A DNA stretch of 64,000 nt, taken from positions 620,001 to 684,000 of the forward strand of contig NW_026515676.1 in assembly GCF_025526975.1 (NCBI RefSeq), read 5' to 3'. The translations under genes and the position numbers were made by a program. The notes below the pieces were generated by a model, which was given only the letters and a program-made list of their open reading frames with translations, ran no database searches and was not told the origin of the DNA. This DNA comes from Fimicolochytrium jonesii. Its lineage: Eukaryota. Below, piece by piece: positions 12,501 through 25,500 of the stretch (position 1 is its first letter; each line of letters opens with the position of its first letter).

Positions 12501-13807
12501 ATGACAGGCTTGGAGCCGGGCTTCAGATTGATGCTGAAGTTGTCGTCACCGCGGTCCGGCGGGAGGCCGGTCTGTTTGGTGAAGAGGGTATCTGTAAACT
12601 GTTCCAACGTCGGGCGAAGAGGGTGGTCGGCGGCGACCGACGCGAGTGGATCCTCCAGGGTGGTATCTGGAGGGTTGGCCGTTGCCTTTCGGTCCGCCAG
12701 GATCGCACGTTTCTTCGCCTCAACCGTGTGAAGGAAGTTAGTCTCGGCTTCAGCGACGTCCGCGAGGGCGTCGTCTGTGGCCAGGTCCACCTCCGTGTCC
12801 GTGCGTGAGACCCATGCGTTATAGACCTTGGTGGTCTTATCCCTCTTGATCGCTCGCTTGAATTGTTTGGCCGTGAGGAAGCCCTCCTCATTTAAGGCCG
12901 CGTGCTTTGGGTAGAAACGGCGGGGGCAAGGGCCCGTATGAGGTTCGAGTAACCGGGCCGCGCAAGCCCTGGGTTGTTGCCATCCGCGGGTGGTAGGTTT
13001 ACCACGGGAGGTTAGTATGGTTGCGTTAGCCTCGAATTGGAGCGCCGGGAACCCATTGTCGCGCCATAAGCATATGAGGTCAAGGTCCAGGATGTAGGGT
13101 AGCCCTAGGATAACATCCGCGCGGATCGGGGCCACGACGAACGGGACCTGAGGGGTCTTATGAGGTATTCGTTCCTCCGTGAAGACGGAGAGGTCGGCAC
13201 AAATCATCCGCGTGGCGCCGTATGATCTAGCTTTGTCACCCCAGCGCACCTCGAGGAGCGTGGGACAGTTGTACATGTTAAGATCATGGCGTTGGGCGAA
13301 TGAGTCGCTGATGAGCATGGTATTGCAACAAGTGTCTATGAGGATGCGGCAGAAGATGCCGCCGACACGTCCATGGACCATGAACGTGGGCTTGTTGATG
13401 ACAGGCCTGGGGCGGTAGTCCGGAATGGTGTCCTGCAGTCGGGGTCTGGTAGGTCCCTCGGGTTGTCTGGACGCTGAGGCGCCGCAGGCGGTCAGGCCCG
13501 GGAGAAAATCCTGACTGTCGACGGAGTAAGCGGGGCTCGGGGGCTCCTCCGCGGCCAAATGGAACTCGTCGTTGTCATCATTGAAAGCCTCGGCGGGCGC
13601 CGCTGAGATCTTGAGTCGGTCCGGGTTCTTAGGGCACGCTCGGGCGTAGTGGTCCTTGCTGCCGCAAGTGTGACATTCGCCTCGCTGAGTTTTCCTCTCC
13701 TTCCCAAGGAGTACTCGGTTGGAGTTGAAGGTGCGGGGCGTATCGCGCTTGTCGCAAGCCTGGGCCGGAGTGGCCGTAGCGGGTTGGATCCGTTTGCCGT
13801 CTTTCAA
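9535..13807 (-). pseudogene. pol: family E gag-pol remnant (NC-PR-RT-RH-IN-chromodomain), several frameshifts
   Basis: ORF pieces 11633-13807, 11245-11553, 10776-10964, 10106-11179 and 9422-10048. Confidence 0.9.
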
Positions 13808-14682
13808 AATGCGGGCGATCCCGTTGGCATAACCCCTGACGCTCGGAAGGATGCGAGATGTCCTGGATTTCCTTTAAGCTCTTGAGGAGTGTCTGGTATT
13901 TCGCCAAGAGCGAGGCGACAGACCGTGTCTTTTTCAAACTTGTTCCGTCACCAAGCCTTATTGAACCGCTTGGAAGTCATTTCTATGACTTGAGGATTGC
14001 AAAGGGCATTGGCTTGAGCAAATCGAGATACATAATGAGGTGTGGCTTGTAGAGAATGGGTACCCACAGGTTTGATGATCCGAACAGGTCGAACGGGTCT
14101 TTTGTCATAGACTGGTTCTCGTTGAACATCGAAGTAAGGATTGTTGTGTTTTGGGATGTATTCGACGTCTTCCCAAATTCTTGAAGTTCTTTCGCATTTG
14201 ATAGTGACAGACTGCGGTGCGTTTGGTATAGGGCCGTAATTGGTCCAGCGAAGGATAGGTAAGGTACTCATCGAGAATTGTTCAGCGTAATTAAAGAAAC
14301 ACCAGAAAGGCATTCCAATAATAGCATCGTAAGCCAGATTACTGACTAGCCAGGGAAGTTGTCCAACTAAGAAAAGCGACTGAGATTCGAGATCACATAG
14401 ATCTAACTTACTTTTCCGATACGACCGTGTCAAGAATCATGTATGATTCCTTATCGGCCAGCCATATCTGCTTCGGTTCGATACGTTTCTTGGGAAATTT
14501 GTGCTTTTCGACAAATGTCTTATCAAGGAATAACCCAGTTGCGCTGCTATTGAAAAGAACACGAGCAAACTTGTTTCCGATGCGACAATGAGACACCCAG
14601 AGTCCAGCAGACAGTGGTTCGAAGGCAGGTTTATCGGTAGTATCGTATGTTGTAGGCCAAGCAGAGCTACTGAGGGGCTCTA

Positions 14683-16017
14683 TCAACCTTGGAAAAAACT
14701 CGAAGATTGATTTGTAGTAGTATTCGTAGTACTCGCAGAGTTGACAGCGTCATCGAGAATTTCCGTAATGCGTGACCCAGCATCAACCTGATTGACTGAA
14801 CCTTGTTGTTGATTAGGTTGGCGACTGCGCTACGGAGTTTGAGCGCCACGACCGCGCTGTCGAAAACCACCGCGTCGGTTCTGGGTTTGCGAGCCTTGCT
14901 GTCAATTTTCGGGATTTGACCAGCATTCTACTCTCCAATGTCCCATTTTGTTACAAAGGGGACAAGGAGTCGTTGGACGTTGACGAGGAACATAAGTAGT
15001 TTGCCATTGTCCACGTCGACGAAAGGGCTGTTCACGTCGGTAAGGAACTTGACCTGTAGTGAGACGACTCCCTCCAGGGGAATAGTATGACGTACCGAGG
15101 GCATTGAGCCCAAAGGTCATATCATCTAAGTCTTGCTCAAATTCTGCAATTCGAGGATTGGTGTAAGGGGCAAATCGTCCGCCACGACCACCGCCACGAC
15201 TACCTCGACCGCGACTGGCTCCACGGCCGCCACGAGCACTTGTTGTCGAGGCAATCGGACGAGGTGTATTGGCTTGGTTGCCGTCAGTGAACCCATGAGC
15301 CACATGAGCACAATGAGCTGCAGTGATAGCTTGATCGAGAGTGATAGGGGTGTTGATGTTGGTAGTGCTCGAGACTTCGAAGTTCGTAACGGCTTCAGTG
15401 AGGTAGTAACCGATTACTGTATTCTTGAGAAGACCGGCCTTGAAGTATTGGATTTGATCGACAAGGGGAATTGTGCCTTGAGTGTTATCGAGACGATGAG
15501 CGGCTTCTAGCTCATTATTGGTGTCTTGAAACTCCTTGATATATTTCTCGGGAGAGTCACCGAGCTTGAGGCCGGGGAGCTTGAGCTCAATAGTATTACG
15601 CAAGTTGCGAGGATAAAAGTGAGTGACAAGACCCGTTTGAAAAGCTGTCCAACTCGCGGGAGCGCCGGCGGCGTAAGACGTATTGTACCACCCGAGAGCA
15701 GTACCCTTGAGGTAGGTAGTGAGCGTAGGGGCGTACTCTGCCATAGTAAAGGCTATGGCGTTGGCAGCTCCAGTACCATCTGATCCAGCTTTTACAGCCG
15801 GGACAGTGAGAGACTCGAGAAAGTTGTGGTGAGACGTAACGAACTCTTCGATCTTTTTGGCAGCTTTGGCGCCATTGTATTCGACGAGCTTGTTCTTGCG
15901 AGCGTCCATAAGAAGTTTGAAACGTTTGGCTTGTTTAGTGTCTTGCGTACTAGCACGCTGCTGAGTAGCAAAAGCAGCCGCAACAGCCGCAACGATAGCT
16001 TGAGTCTGTGCGTCCAT
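14683..16017 (-). pseudogene. gag: family D gag with premature stops
   Basis: 371-aa ORF; the frame continues past TGA 14902 (QQGSQTQNRRGG..) to SSFFQG-stop near 14685. Confidence 0.8.
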
Positions 16018-16098
16018 TCTTGCTCGTGAACTAGTGTAAGGGCGACGTCCAGTAGAGGGGCAACGTTGTTGAGGAATGTCTTGGTGATGCTGGCGGTA

Positions 16099-16111
16099 GG
16101 TGGTGCTACCA
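16099..16111 (-). promoter_or_regulatory. primer-binding site, tRNA-iMet type (TGGTAGCACCACC)
   Basis: Immediately follows the LTR end ..GTTACA on the minus strand; TGGTAGC complements the initiator-Met acceptor end. Confidence 0.75.
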
Positions 16112-16386
16112 TGTAACGTCAGAGGAAACGTAGACGATATTGGGCCCTTCCGAGAGGGCTGAGAGCAGTGTATTGTAGTGAAGAAAAAAGTAAGAAGCTC
16201 TTCACAGCGGCCGCTCGAATGACAGCTTGATATATGGGCTGCCAGTGGGGCTTGCGTGGCTTCGGTGAGGCTTGGCGCCTTATGTAATGTATCACCGAGA
16301 GCTCAGGTGGCCAGCCCGGGTCTCGGATCAAGTAGAAGTAAAGAGATATAATATGAAATACAAGTGAAGATGAGATATCCCCGACA
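16112..16386 (-). repeat. 5' LTR of family D (275 bp, TG..CA)
   Basis: Second copy at 34332-34606. Confidence 0.93.
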
Positions 16387-19199
16387 GAAGCAACCGCTTT
16401 ATTGTTCACATCGGTTCCCTTATCGGCGAGACGACGTACAGCAAAGGAACTAAGCGCACAATCCATCAAACAAATCAATGGATATGTGAGCATAGCTATA
16501 ATCGACCATCGTATGCAACAACAACTGGGCGATCTCATAGCCGACGGTATTGGTCTTATCGCGAGTAAGGCCGCAAAGAAACAGGTTATTCAAATTGTCA
16601 GGAGTGATAACCTCCGGGTTGCGCTGTGCCTCGGCAATGATACATCTGAACTCCGTCACATACGAATCCATCAACTTATGGAAAGTCATTCGATGCAGAG
16701 CATTGAGCTCGTCGGTTTTCGCGTTTGTAGGATGAAAGGCTAATTTGAAAGCCGTTTCGAAATCCTCTTTCCTGCATGTGGTATCGAACCAGGTACGCGC
16801 GTCGCCTTCAAGCGAGCCAGATACCTTCTGCATGTCCTTAAAGTCGTCAATCGGAAGACCAAAAGTAAGCATGAAGTCCCTATGCTTCTGCAAGAATGTG
16901 TCGACAAATGCGGCCTCGCGCTGTTTGCCATTGAATGGATGCTGCGAGATCCTTGTACCATGGTGCCTACGCTGCTCGATATAGAACGGATCCACACACC
17001 CATCCTACAGCACATCACGGCGCATCGCAGAGTCACGCTCCAACGTAGCTCACAAGCGATCCTGTCGAACCTGATGTTCCTCGCCATGATAACTGCGAAC
17101 TTCTGCTTGGGCGACAGCCGCCACAGCATTGATTGGGGTGTTGAGCTCCTCGAGGGAGATCGTCAACATAGTCGTAGCGGGTGGGTGACCAGCAGGAGGT
17201 GGAGGAGGTCCGATCTGGATACCAATCGATGGAACAGGTCCCGTTCTTTGAGGAGGAGGAGGAAGGCGGAGTTCAACACAAGGTTTGTCAACCGAAGTCT
17301 CCGGCTCCTCAACTATCTCAGTAATAACAGCCCAACCTGCAGGAGTAGTTTCCTTACTCCTGGTAACTGTTCTACCCGTTGATGTACTCATAACAACCTT
17401 CTGGCCAGTGTAATCGCGTTTTCAGTTTGAATAACCCCAACCAACGACGAATTTGTCCAGAATGCGTACAGAAGTACTCCGTTGATGTTGTATAGCTCAT
17501 TACCTCGAGCAAACACACACAGACAACTAGGTTCTGAATCAGGTATACGCCGTATGCAATAAGCAAAATTCGGGCATAGATTTTCCCTCGTTGGAGCTAA
17601 AAATCCCCAAAATCCACCATGTCCAATGTCGGCGAGTTTTGGCTGCGTTGACCCTACACAGGATATGAAGCTATTAGTTCAAAGAGACCTTTGAGAGGAT
17701 CAAGAAGAACCTTAATGGCTTAGCTCTGTCTCAAAACTGAGAGACGTTTCCTATCGGCCCGTTTTCGCTTAAGTGTCAAATTATCCATGAAGGCGATGAT
17801 GGGTCACTCGTTTCGCTGTGATTCAAAAATTCCAAAACGTTCAGCGTAATTGAAGGTAATTCTCAAGATTGGGAATAACCTTATCGGAGGTTGTTTCGGT
17901 CAAAACTGCGATAGTTTTGCCATACAGAGGTTATAACGGGGACGAAAAACCCCTTTTTCAATATCTCCGTGTCCGTAGGTCGAATCTCTTTGCAACGTCC
18001 ACAAGTCCTGAAGCTCAGCGTGCTCCACGAGGGTTCCGAGTTTAGAAGGGATTGAATTGCTGGGGTAGATTCCCAATCCGTGAACTTGCTAATAACTGGG
18101 TACCAGTAAAAGCGTGTTCATGTCCACTATGTGTCAACCCTTGAACGTATACTCTCAAGGGGTTGATATACCAAAAGAGTAAGGTATGGATGGCAAACGG
18201 TGAGTTATGGAGGTTTGTCCAACCATCCAGGTGCGAAAAGTGAGGTGGTTGCGATGTATCGGTTGTCGTACTAGGTGAATAACCTATAGGTCGGCGCTTT
18301 CGGCTATAGCGCACTAGGGGCTTCAGGAGGTGCGGTGGATGTTGTCCTGGATGTAATGAAGGCTATGTAAATCATCTAGAAGTGTTGTATCGACGTGCTG
18401 TGGCGATTGCTACGTCCGCAATTTTGAGATGCTGAAGTTGCCGACGTGTTTATCCCCTATGAAGCTCATTTTGCTCGAAACAAGTGGTGCTATGCTGTGA
18501 TCTGGGCCACCTTCCACACGGGTTGTATGACTGATGTCTGTATACATTAGCTGCTTTGCTGTAAGGTATTGTAGACGGACTGGGTGTTCGCCCACGCTGC
18601 TATTTGATATCCAGTGAAAGAGTTACTTCTTGTGAATAGGAACGCGCGACAAGCACTGTTAAAGCACCCGTGAGGCTGGAGTCCACTGGAGAACACACTC
18701 GATACGCGTAGGCCAGAAATACCTGTATATCCGCAGAATATACATGTATATTCTGTGAGGCCTGTCTTGCAAACGTGTGGCTCTCCAACCAGACCGGACA
18801 ACCCACATTACATCCCCCCCAGATTCTACAATGCGAACCTACTCCAGCAAGCTCGAGCAATGTAGAATATGACAGTGTCCGGGATCGCACCCAGCCGCAA
18901 TCCTTAATGGTCCTCCTTGTCGGTCCAAATAACCATGGTTCTGCAGCAGAAAGCCATGGTATTCCAGCAGAAAGCCATGGTTCTGCAACTGAACGTCACG
19001 ATCGTGTGTCATTCAGGAAAGCTTTCCAGACAACCGTCGTGGGTAGCGCCATTTGCAAACCATTTTGATTCAATGATCATTGCCATCCATGCTACCTACT
19101 ACTGGCAGCGGGCCTCCCAGCTGGGAATGCAACAGGTGTGCTGTGTCACACGTTGCCTAGTTCGAGTCGTCCGGCAATGGATGTACGCAACCATTGAGC
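16387..19199 (-). mobile_element. Gypsy family B fragment B2: gag N-terminal part, ~1.1-kb leader, LTR 18496-18812, and upstream a PPT plus 3' UTR of another B unit
   Basis: Homologous to 39620-42083 (gag, leader, LTR) and 35344-35720 (3' UTR). Confidence 0.88.
18496..18812 (-). repeat. LTR of family B (317 bp, TGTAATG..ATCACA)
   Basis: Homologous to 49254-49569, 35057-35343 and 41757-42083. Confidence 0.9.
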
Positions 19200-22100
19200 A
19201 GTGTGCAGTACTTCGGTAGCCAGGCCATAGGCAAGGTTGCTCTGGCGTACTCGAGTGCTCTGGGAGCTTGTGATGCATCTGTAATGCACCAAACCGTCAT
19301 CTTCTCGGTCTTCCTGGTCGCCTAGGTCCTCTGGGGCCTCTGCCCATTGATCGGTGTCATGTTGTGGGTTGGGAGATAGCGACCGGGAGCTCAGAATCCC
19401 CCTCTGCAGCGTGCGGGCGTAATTCAGTGTTGTTTGTGGGCTTGGAATCGTGCGAAACGATGCTGTCAGGCTCAGGATCGAATTCAAAGCTCGCTAAGCT
19501 GTCATAGGAGCGATCTGAGGTGTCTTCATGCGTATCCTTGTTGTCCAGGCTGTTGTAGAACTTGTTTTCATTGCCTTTGACGTCTCTAGATTCGATAATG
19601 GCGCCCTGATCATCGGGTTTGAGTGACTGGAGCCTCCAGGTTTTGCTGGAAGAGCTATAACGGAGAAACAGGCACTTCTTGGCTTTGTTGTCCAGCTTTC
19701 CTCGGTTTTTCTTGAGTACCATAGCATAGGCTATGCATCCAAACACTCTGAGATGAAAGAGGATGGGTTTGCGACCGAAGAAGGCTTTGTATGGCGTCTT
19801 GGAGTTGTCTAGGGCAACCGTAGGGCACCAATTTCTAATGTGGACAGCTGCAAGCGGCGCTTCTCCCCAGTACTCGTGTCCTAGACCAGCCTGGGTGAGT
19901 AGGCAGCGTGCCATTTTGACTAGAGTTCGATTCATACGTTCTGCTACTCCGTTCTGGTGTGGGGTGTCGGTAGCAGCGCGCTGGTGTTGGATTCCAGCCT
20001 TTCTGAGTGCGAGGGCGAATCAGATGGATTGGTATTCGCCTCCTTCGTCCGATCTGAGGAATTTGATTGATTTCCCAGTCTGTTTCTCCATAAGAGCCTT
20101 GTATTCCTCCCAGGCATCAAAGGTACTGCTTTTCTTGCGTAGGAGCTTGACCCCAGACGATTCTGGACTTGCCATCAATCCATGATGCTGTAGGTACATC
20201 CCCCAAAGGTAGACATCCTCATGGGGCCACAGAGGTCAGCGTGGACGAGTGCCAGGACTTCTGTGGCTTGGGTAGCTTGTTTCTTCGGGAAGGGAGCTCT
20301 GGACTGCTTGGAGAGCGTGCAGACTTCGCAGATGTGGCCATCAGAATGTCCGGTGACTCTGATGTCGCGTTGGTAGCTGTTGGTGAGCTTCTGGACGTCT
20401 TGGGCATTCAGATGGCCGAGTCTCTGATGCCAGATATAAAAGGGTGTGCTACAAAGTGCTCCTGCTGAGTAGGCGTGTTCAGGGGTAGCCTGGGCTGTCA
20501 TGGTGTACAGACCGTTCTCCATGAGAGCTCTGAAGGCGAGAGCACCATCCCTGGTCTTGATTGTGCACTTTGCACTCAAGAACTCGACTTGTCCCCGTGT
20601 GTTCTGATCGAGATGGAGCTTGTTCCGATGGCAAAAACTGACCGGTTGTCAGCTAGCTGGATCTGGATCTAGGTTTCCAGCGTTTTGTAGTCCTGGAGCC
20701 ATTCCCTGACATGTGTCATGTGTGAGGAGGCTCCTGAATCGATAATCCAGCACTCTGGGCTGATTTCAGTGCGGTTCATAGCTGCCATGGGGAGGAACCC
20801 GGTTCACTGGCTGGCCTGGTGTGGTTCGGCTTGATTCGCATTGTTGGCTTGAGCTAGCTCTCATTTGAGCTTCTTGCATTCGTTCTTCCAATGCACTTCA
20901 ACGCCACGGTGATGGCACTTTCCCTTCTTCCTGGCGAACCTGGCTGAACCCCCAGCCTCCTGCTGGTGTCCCCTGTCCAAACGAAGGTGTTTCCAGTCGT
21001 TTCCTTGCGCATAGCTTCTTCATTCAGAAGTCTGGCCCTCAAGAACTCCATGTCTATGTAGTCTGCCCTGCTCTTGAGGCTTGTGATGACTGGTTTGTAG
21101 CTGTTTGGCAAGCTGTATATCAAGGTAGTCATGATGTGGTCTTCGGGTCCTGGTGCGCCGATAGCCTCCAGCTGTTGTGCAAGCTGTCTGACTTTGTTGC
21201 TGTGGTTTGTGATCGCGTCTGACTTGTTCATAGTGATGGTAACGAGCTTTCGACGTAAAAAGAGCTTGCTGGCAAGCCCCTTTCGTTCGTGCACCTCAGC
21301 TAGCTTAGACCAGGCTTCCCAAGCCGTCTGAGCTGTACGCACATGCATAAGCTGAGTTTCGTTCAGACTGAGAGAGATGTATGCCACCCCTCTCGTCCTT
21401 CCTCTCCATGGACTCCTCCTCCTCCCCTTCAGGCCCCTTTCCCTTCGACGGGCTTGCTGTAGCCGTATCTCCTTCCTCCTCCTTCTTCCCAGCTTCCACT
21501 GCCACCCAAAGTCCCCCCACCTCCAACATCATCATCATCCTAAACTTCCATAGATGGTACTTTTCCCCCGTGAACTTGTCCACCATAAGTTTGGAAGTCT
21601 CTGAGTCCAGCCATCGTGTGTTCAAGCTAAATTCATCTGTTTAGGGTGTGTGGACACGTTTCGGATGATGGTGTATCGTTGGACGTGTTTTGGGTGTCAA
21701 GTAGTGCGTATTTTGTCGAGTTGAGCACTATGGCGCGTTTTTGGTCGACAATTGGTGATTTTTGAAGGATATATCGAGGATAGGGCGTAAGTAGCGACCG
21801 TAGGGGGTTGGGAACGTCTTGGGTAGGATTGGCGAAGGCGGTTTTAGTGATGATAAAGCTCAGGGCTCATAACCTGTTGAAACCTTAGCTGATATGGGTG
21901 TATCTGAGCGGTCACTAAGACTAATTCGCCGATGACTGAGAGATGTGGATGCCCTGAGCACAGTGTTGCGATGTAGAGGACAGTACCGTAGCTAGTGCGA
22001 GAGAAAGATGTGTATTGAAGCGGGTGAAGTGAAGCGAGGGGATGGGCAACGCGTCTGCCTTTTACAGGATTCTGGAGCTTCTTTCTTGGGGATCTAGCTA

Positions 22101-22497
22101 TGTGCTGGGGCGTCCAAAGCACCCTCTCAGACCCCCTCAGAACGCCCAAGGCGTCTCTGAGTGTCGTAGTTAAGGCTGCTAAGGTTTGTAAGGTTTTGCC
22201 AAGTCTGTGTACCCCATGATCTACCTGCTGACACCCCAGGGCTTCTGCCAAGTCCGCGGAGCCCGCGGACGGTGCTACAGGCTACCACAAGCTCAATCAA
22301 ACCCAAAATAGCTACTACAACTCGATCAGAGGTCCATACAGTCAGAACTGACCGCTATGAGCTCTAAGAACATCATGAGAGCGCAGCTCTGACACCTGGA
22401 TGTCTGGTAGACGTTCCAGACATCTTCAGAGCCCTTCCAAGCGCGTCCTAAGCTTTGCAGAGCCTTCCAAGTGCCGCATCTTGATGCGATCTCAATA
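19200..22497 (-). mobile_element. Ty1/Copia family F copy 1 (5' LTR, gag, PR, GAG-pre-integrase, IN; truncated before RT)
   Basis: KFTGEKYHLWK gag start, WIIDSGAS, WHQRLGH..CEVC, LVHADLCGP and VFGC..Y motifs; PBS GGTTATGAGCCCTG at 21861-21874. Confidence 0.92.
21875..22497 (-). repeat. 5' LTR of family F (623 bp, TATTGA..TCAACA)
   Basis: Second, truncated copy at 27816-28396 next to PPT GAGAGGGAG. Confidence 0.88.
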
Positions 22498-22502
22498 ATG
22501 AT

Positions 22503-25500
22503 ATCCAGGTCGGTGGACCTCCTCCACCTCCTCCTGGTCACCTGCCTGCTACGGCCATGTTGACGATCTCCCTCGAGGAGCTCAATGCCCGAATTCATGC
22601 TGCCGCGGATGCCACCCAAGCAGAAGTTTGCAGTTATCATGCCGAGGAACATCAGGTTCGACAGGATCGCTTGCAAGCTACGTTGGAGCGTGACTCTGCG
22701 ATGCGCCGTGATGTGCTGCAGGATGGGTCTGTGGACCCGTTCTATATCAAGCAGCGTAGGCACCATGGTACATGGATCTCGCAGCATCCATTCAATGGCA
22801 AACAGCGCGAGGCCGCATTTGTCGACACATTCTTGCAGAAGCATAGGGACTTCATGCTTACTTTTGGTCTTCCGATTGACGACTTTAAGGACATGCAGAA
22901 GGTATCTGGCTCGCTTGAAGGCGACGCGCGTACCTGGTTCGATACCACATGCAGGAAAGAGGATTTCGAAACGGCTTTCAAATTAGCCTTTCATCCTACA
23001 AACGCGAAAACCGACGAGCTCAATGCTCTGCATCGAATGACTTTCCATAAGTTGATGGATTCGTATGTGACGGAGTTCAGATGTATCATTGCCGAGGCAC
23101 AGCGCAACCCGGAGGTTATCACTCCTGACAATTTGAATAACCTGTTTCTTTGCGGCCTTACTTGCGATAAGACTAATACCGTCGGCTATGAGATCGCCCA
23201 GTTGTTGTTGCATGCGATGGTCGATTATAGCTATGCTCACATATCCGTTGATTTGTTTGATGGATCGTGCGCTTAGTTCCTTCGCTCTACGATGTCTCAC
23301 CGATAAGGGAACCGATGTGAACAATAAAGCGGTTGCTTCTGGTAGTAGTGCACCTAAATGTGCTAATGTCTCTTCTGCTGCGGGTACTGCCAGCGAGAAA
23401 GGGGCGAAAGCTAAGAAGGCGGAAGCTGCTAACCCTTACACACGCCCAGACCTCTCGAACATGAAGTGTTTCGATCGTGGGCAGATGGGTCATCGTGCGC
23501 AGGATTGCCCTCAAAAGAAGAAGGATAAGGATTCCGATGGGGTTAAGGATAAGCTGCGTCGAAATGCTGGTCAGAAGAAGGGTTTTCAGTAGAGATGTTT
23601 AATAAAGACACCGTTCATTCGCCTCATTGTGCAGTGGTGTCCATTGAAGAGGAACTTGGGGCTATACGTCAGGAGTCCGCTGATGGTATACTTGTTGATT
23701 GTAGCAATATGTCTGCTGCGAGGGCGCTTATGTGCCGGCCAGACAAAACTGAAACCATTTTTCCGACCCTGAAGCCCTGCAACTGCAACCCAATGCGTTG
23801 ATCGCTCGTTGGGCTTTTGTGGTTTGTGGCAAGTTGGTTGGCAAGTTTTGTCGCATTCTGATTGATACAGGATGCACAACACTTATGATATGTCAGGGAT
23901 GGGTGTCAAAACATGGTTTTCGAACCTATAACCCCAAAACGCCCATTGATGTTGACTGAGGTGATGACGGCCATGCATTCATCGCCTACAAGGTCTTTTG
24001 TGGCTCTTTTGTGGCGATCTGCAGTTATGGGGAGACCAACAACCCGATTTGCGAGAAAAGCTTCCATTTGTGGTTGATCCTCTGCGGGTAGACGCTATCC
24101 TCGGATCACCATGGATCTATATGCTTGACGACGTTTGTTTTGAGCAGTTAGATGATGAGATTCCCATTCTACGCTTCTGTACAGATGAAGTTGAACACAC
24201 CCTGGTTGCCAGACCGGTAACTAGAAAGTGGGAATCCCAATCGTCCTGTAATGCAGCTGATCTGCGGTCCTTTGACATCAGAAAGAAGTCTACACATTTC
24301 AAGGCGGCGATGCCTGAACGAGAAGACTCGAGTGAAGGAGTTGTAACTTTTAAGAAGTTCCCTCGCTGAACTTGAAAAAGGTGTATGGGGAGTGTTACAT
24401 AGCGTACGCTATGGACATCAAAGCTGCAGTGAATGCGTCACCAGCTTATGTTCTCACCGATGAGCGTGTTCGCGCCAAACCAGAGCCAGAGGCTGAAATG
24501 AGCGAAGTGACAGGACAGAAGGTTGATTTGGGCGTGCCATTGAATCACCATCTTTATCCAACATTAGAGAAGTACATGGATAGTTTGTTTGTCGAGCACG
24601 CAGAGTTGCCGCCCAATAGAGGAGAGGATAACTTCCATATCGAGCTGGAGCCTGGTACGAAATCAGTTTTTAATCCCTTACGACATATGAGCAAAGCCGA
24701 ACTCAAAGAGCTGAATGAGAAGGTTACTCTCATGCTCGAGCGCGGTTGGATTCAGCACTTGCAGAGCCCGTGGGGCGCGGCAGTGTTATTTGCTAAGAAA
24801 AAGGATGGCAGTCTCCGTATGTGCATCGACTATCGTGGCCTGAATAAAGCAACTATAAAGGATCGTATGCCGTTACCGAATCTTGCAGAGATGCGGGACC
24901 AGGTATGTGGAAAGAAGTTCAAGTCTTTGCTGGATGTCAAAGATGCGTATCACCGCCTCTTGGTTCACAAGGCTGATAGAGACAAAACAGCGTTTCGGAC
25001 GCGGTTTGGTCATTTCAAGTACGTGGTTATGCCATTTGGATTGACGAATGCGCCAGCAACGTTCCAATGGTTAACCAATAAGATATTTGGGAAGATGTAT
25101 GATGCATATGTCATATCTTACCTGCATGATATCTTAATCTTCTCGGAAACGGTTGAGGAGCATATCGCTCATGTGGACAGCGTTTGGCTGTTCTCGCTGA
25201 GCATAAACTCTATGTCAAGCCGTCCAAGTGCCAATGGATGCAGAAGGAGCTTGAATTCTGCGGCCATATCCTGGCAGAGGATACGATGGCCATTGCACCC
25301 TCGAAATTGGATGCCGTGCGAAACTTTGCACGTCCTACAAAACAGAAAGAGGTCCAATCTTTCTTAGGGTTGACAGACTACCTGAGTCAATACATCGATT
25401 GTCATGCATGCATCGCGTATCCATTGACAGAGCTACAGTCAGGCAGTAGGCCATGGCACTGAGATGATGTCGAAGAAAAAGCTTTTGTTAAGCTGAAGGA

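Larger units (their letters stand above)
7666..13850 (-). mobile_element. Gypsy chromovirus family E, 5'-truncated; carries an antisense spliced gene and a tandem array in its 3' region
   Basis: Knuckle CHTCGSKDHYARAC, PR ILIDTC, RT (HLDD), RH, IN and chromodomain (EHRVEDILDS..FLVK); the B1 RT is cut exactly at 7665/7666, where TG begins; the 5' (high-coordinate) boundary near 13850 is approximate. Confidence 0.88.
13851..16386 (-). mobile_element. Gypsy family D, 5' half (LTR, PBS, gag, protease), inserted into a family B gag
   Basis: LTR 16112-16386; gag 14902-16017 with CPLCNKMGHWRVEC; degenerate protease ARVLFNSSATG..YDAIIGMPF; B gag is cut at GAAGC 16387-16391. Confidence 0.85.

Noticed and set aside
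14880..14904. Programmed stop-codon readthrough at D gag TGA-CAG
   Set aside because: A second in-frame stop follows and the real gag/pol switch has a -1 slippery site at 14692-14698; a CGA>TGA mutation is the simpler explanation
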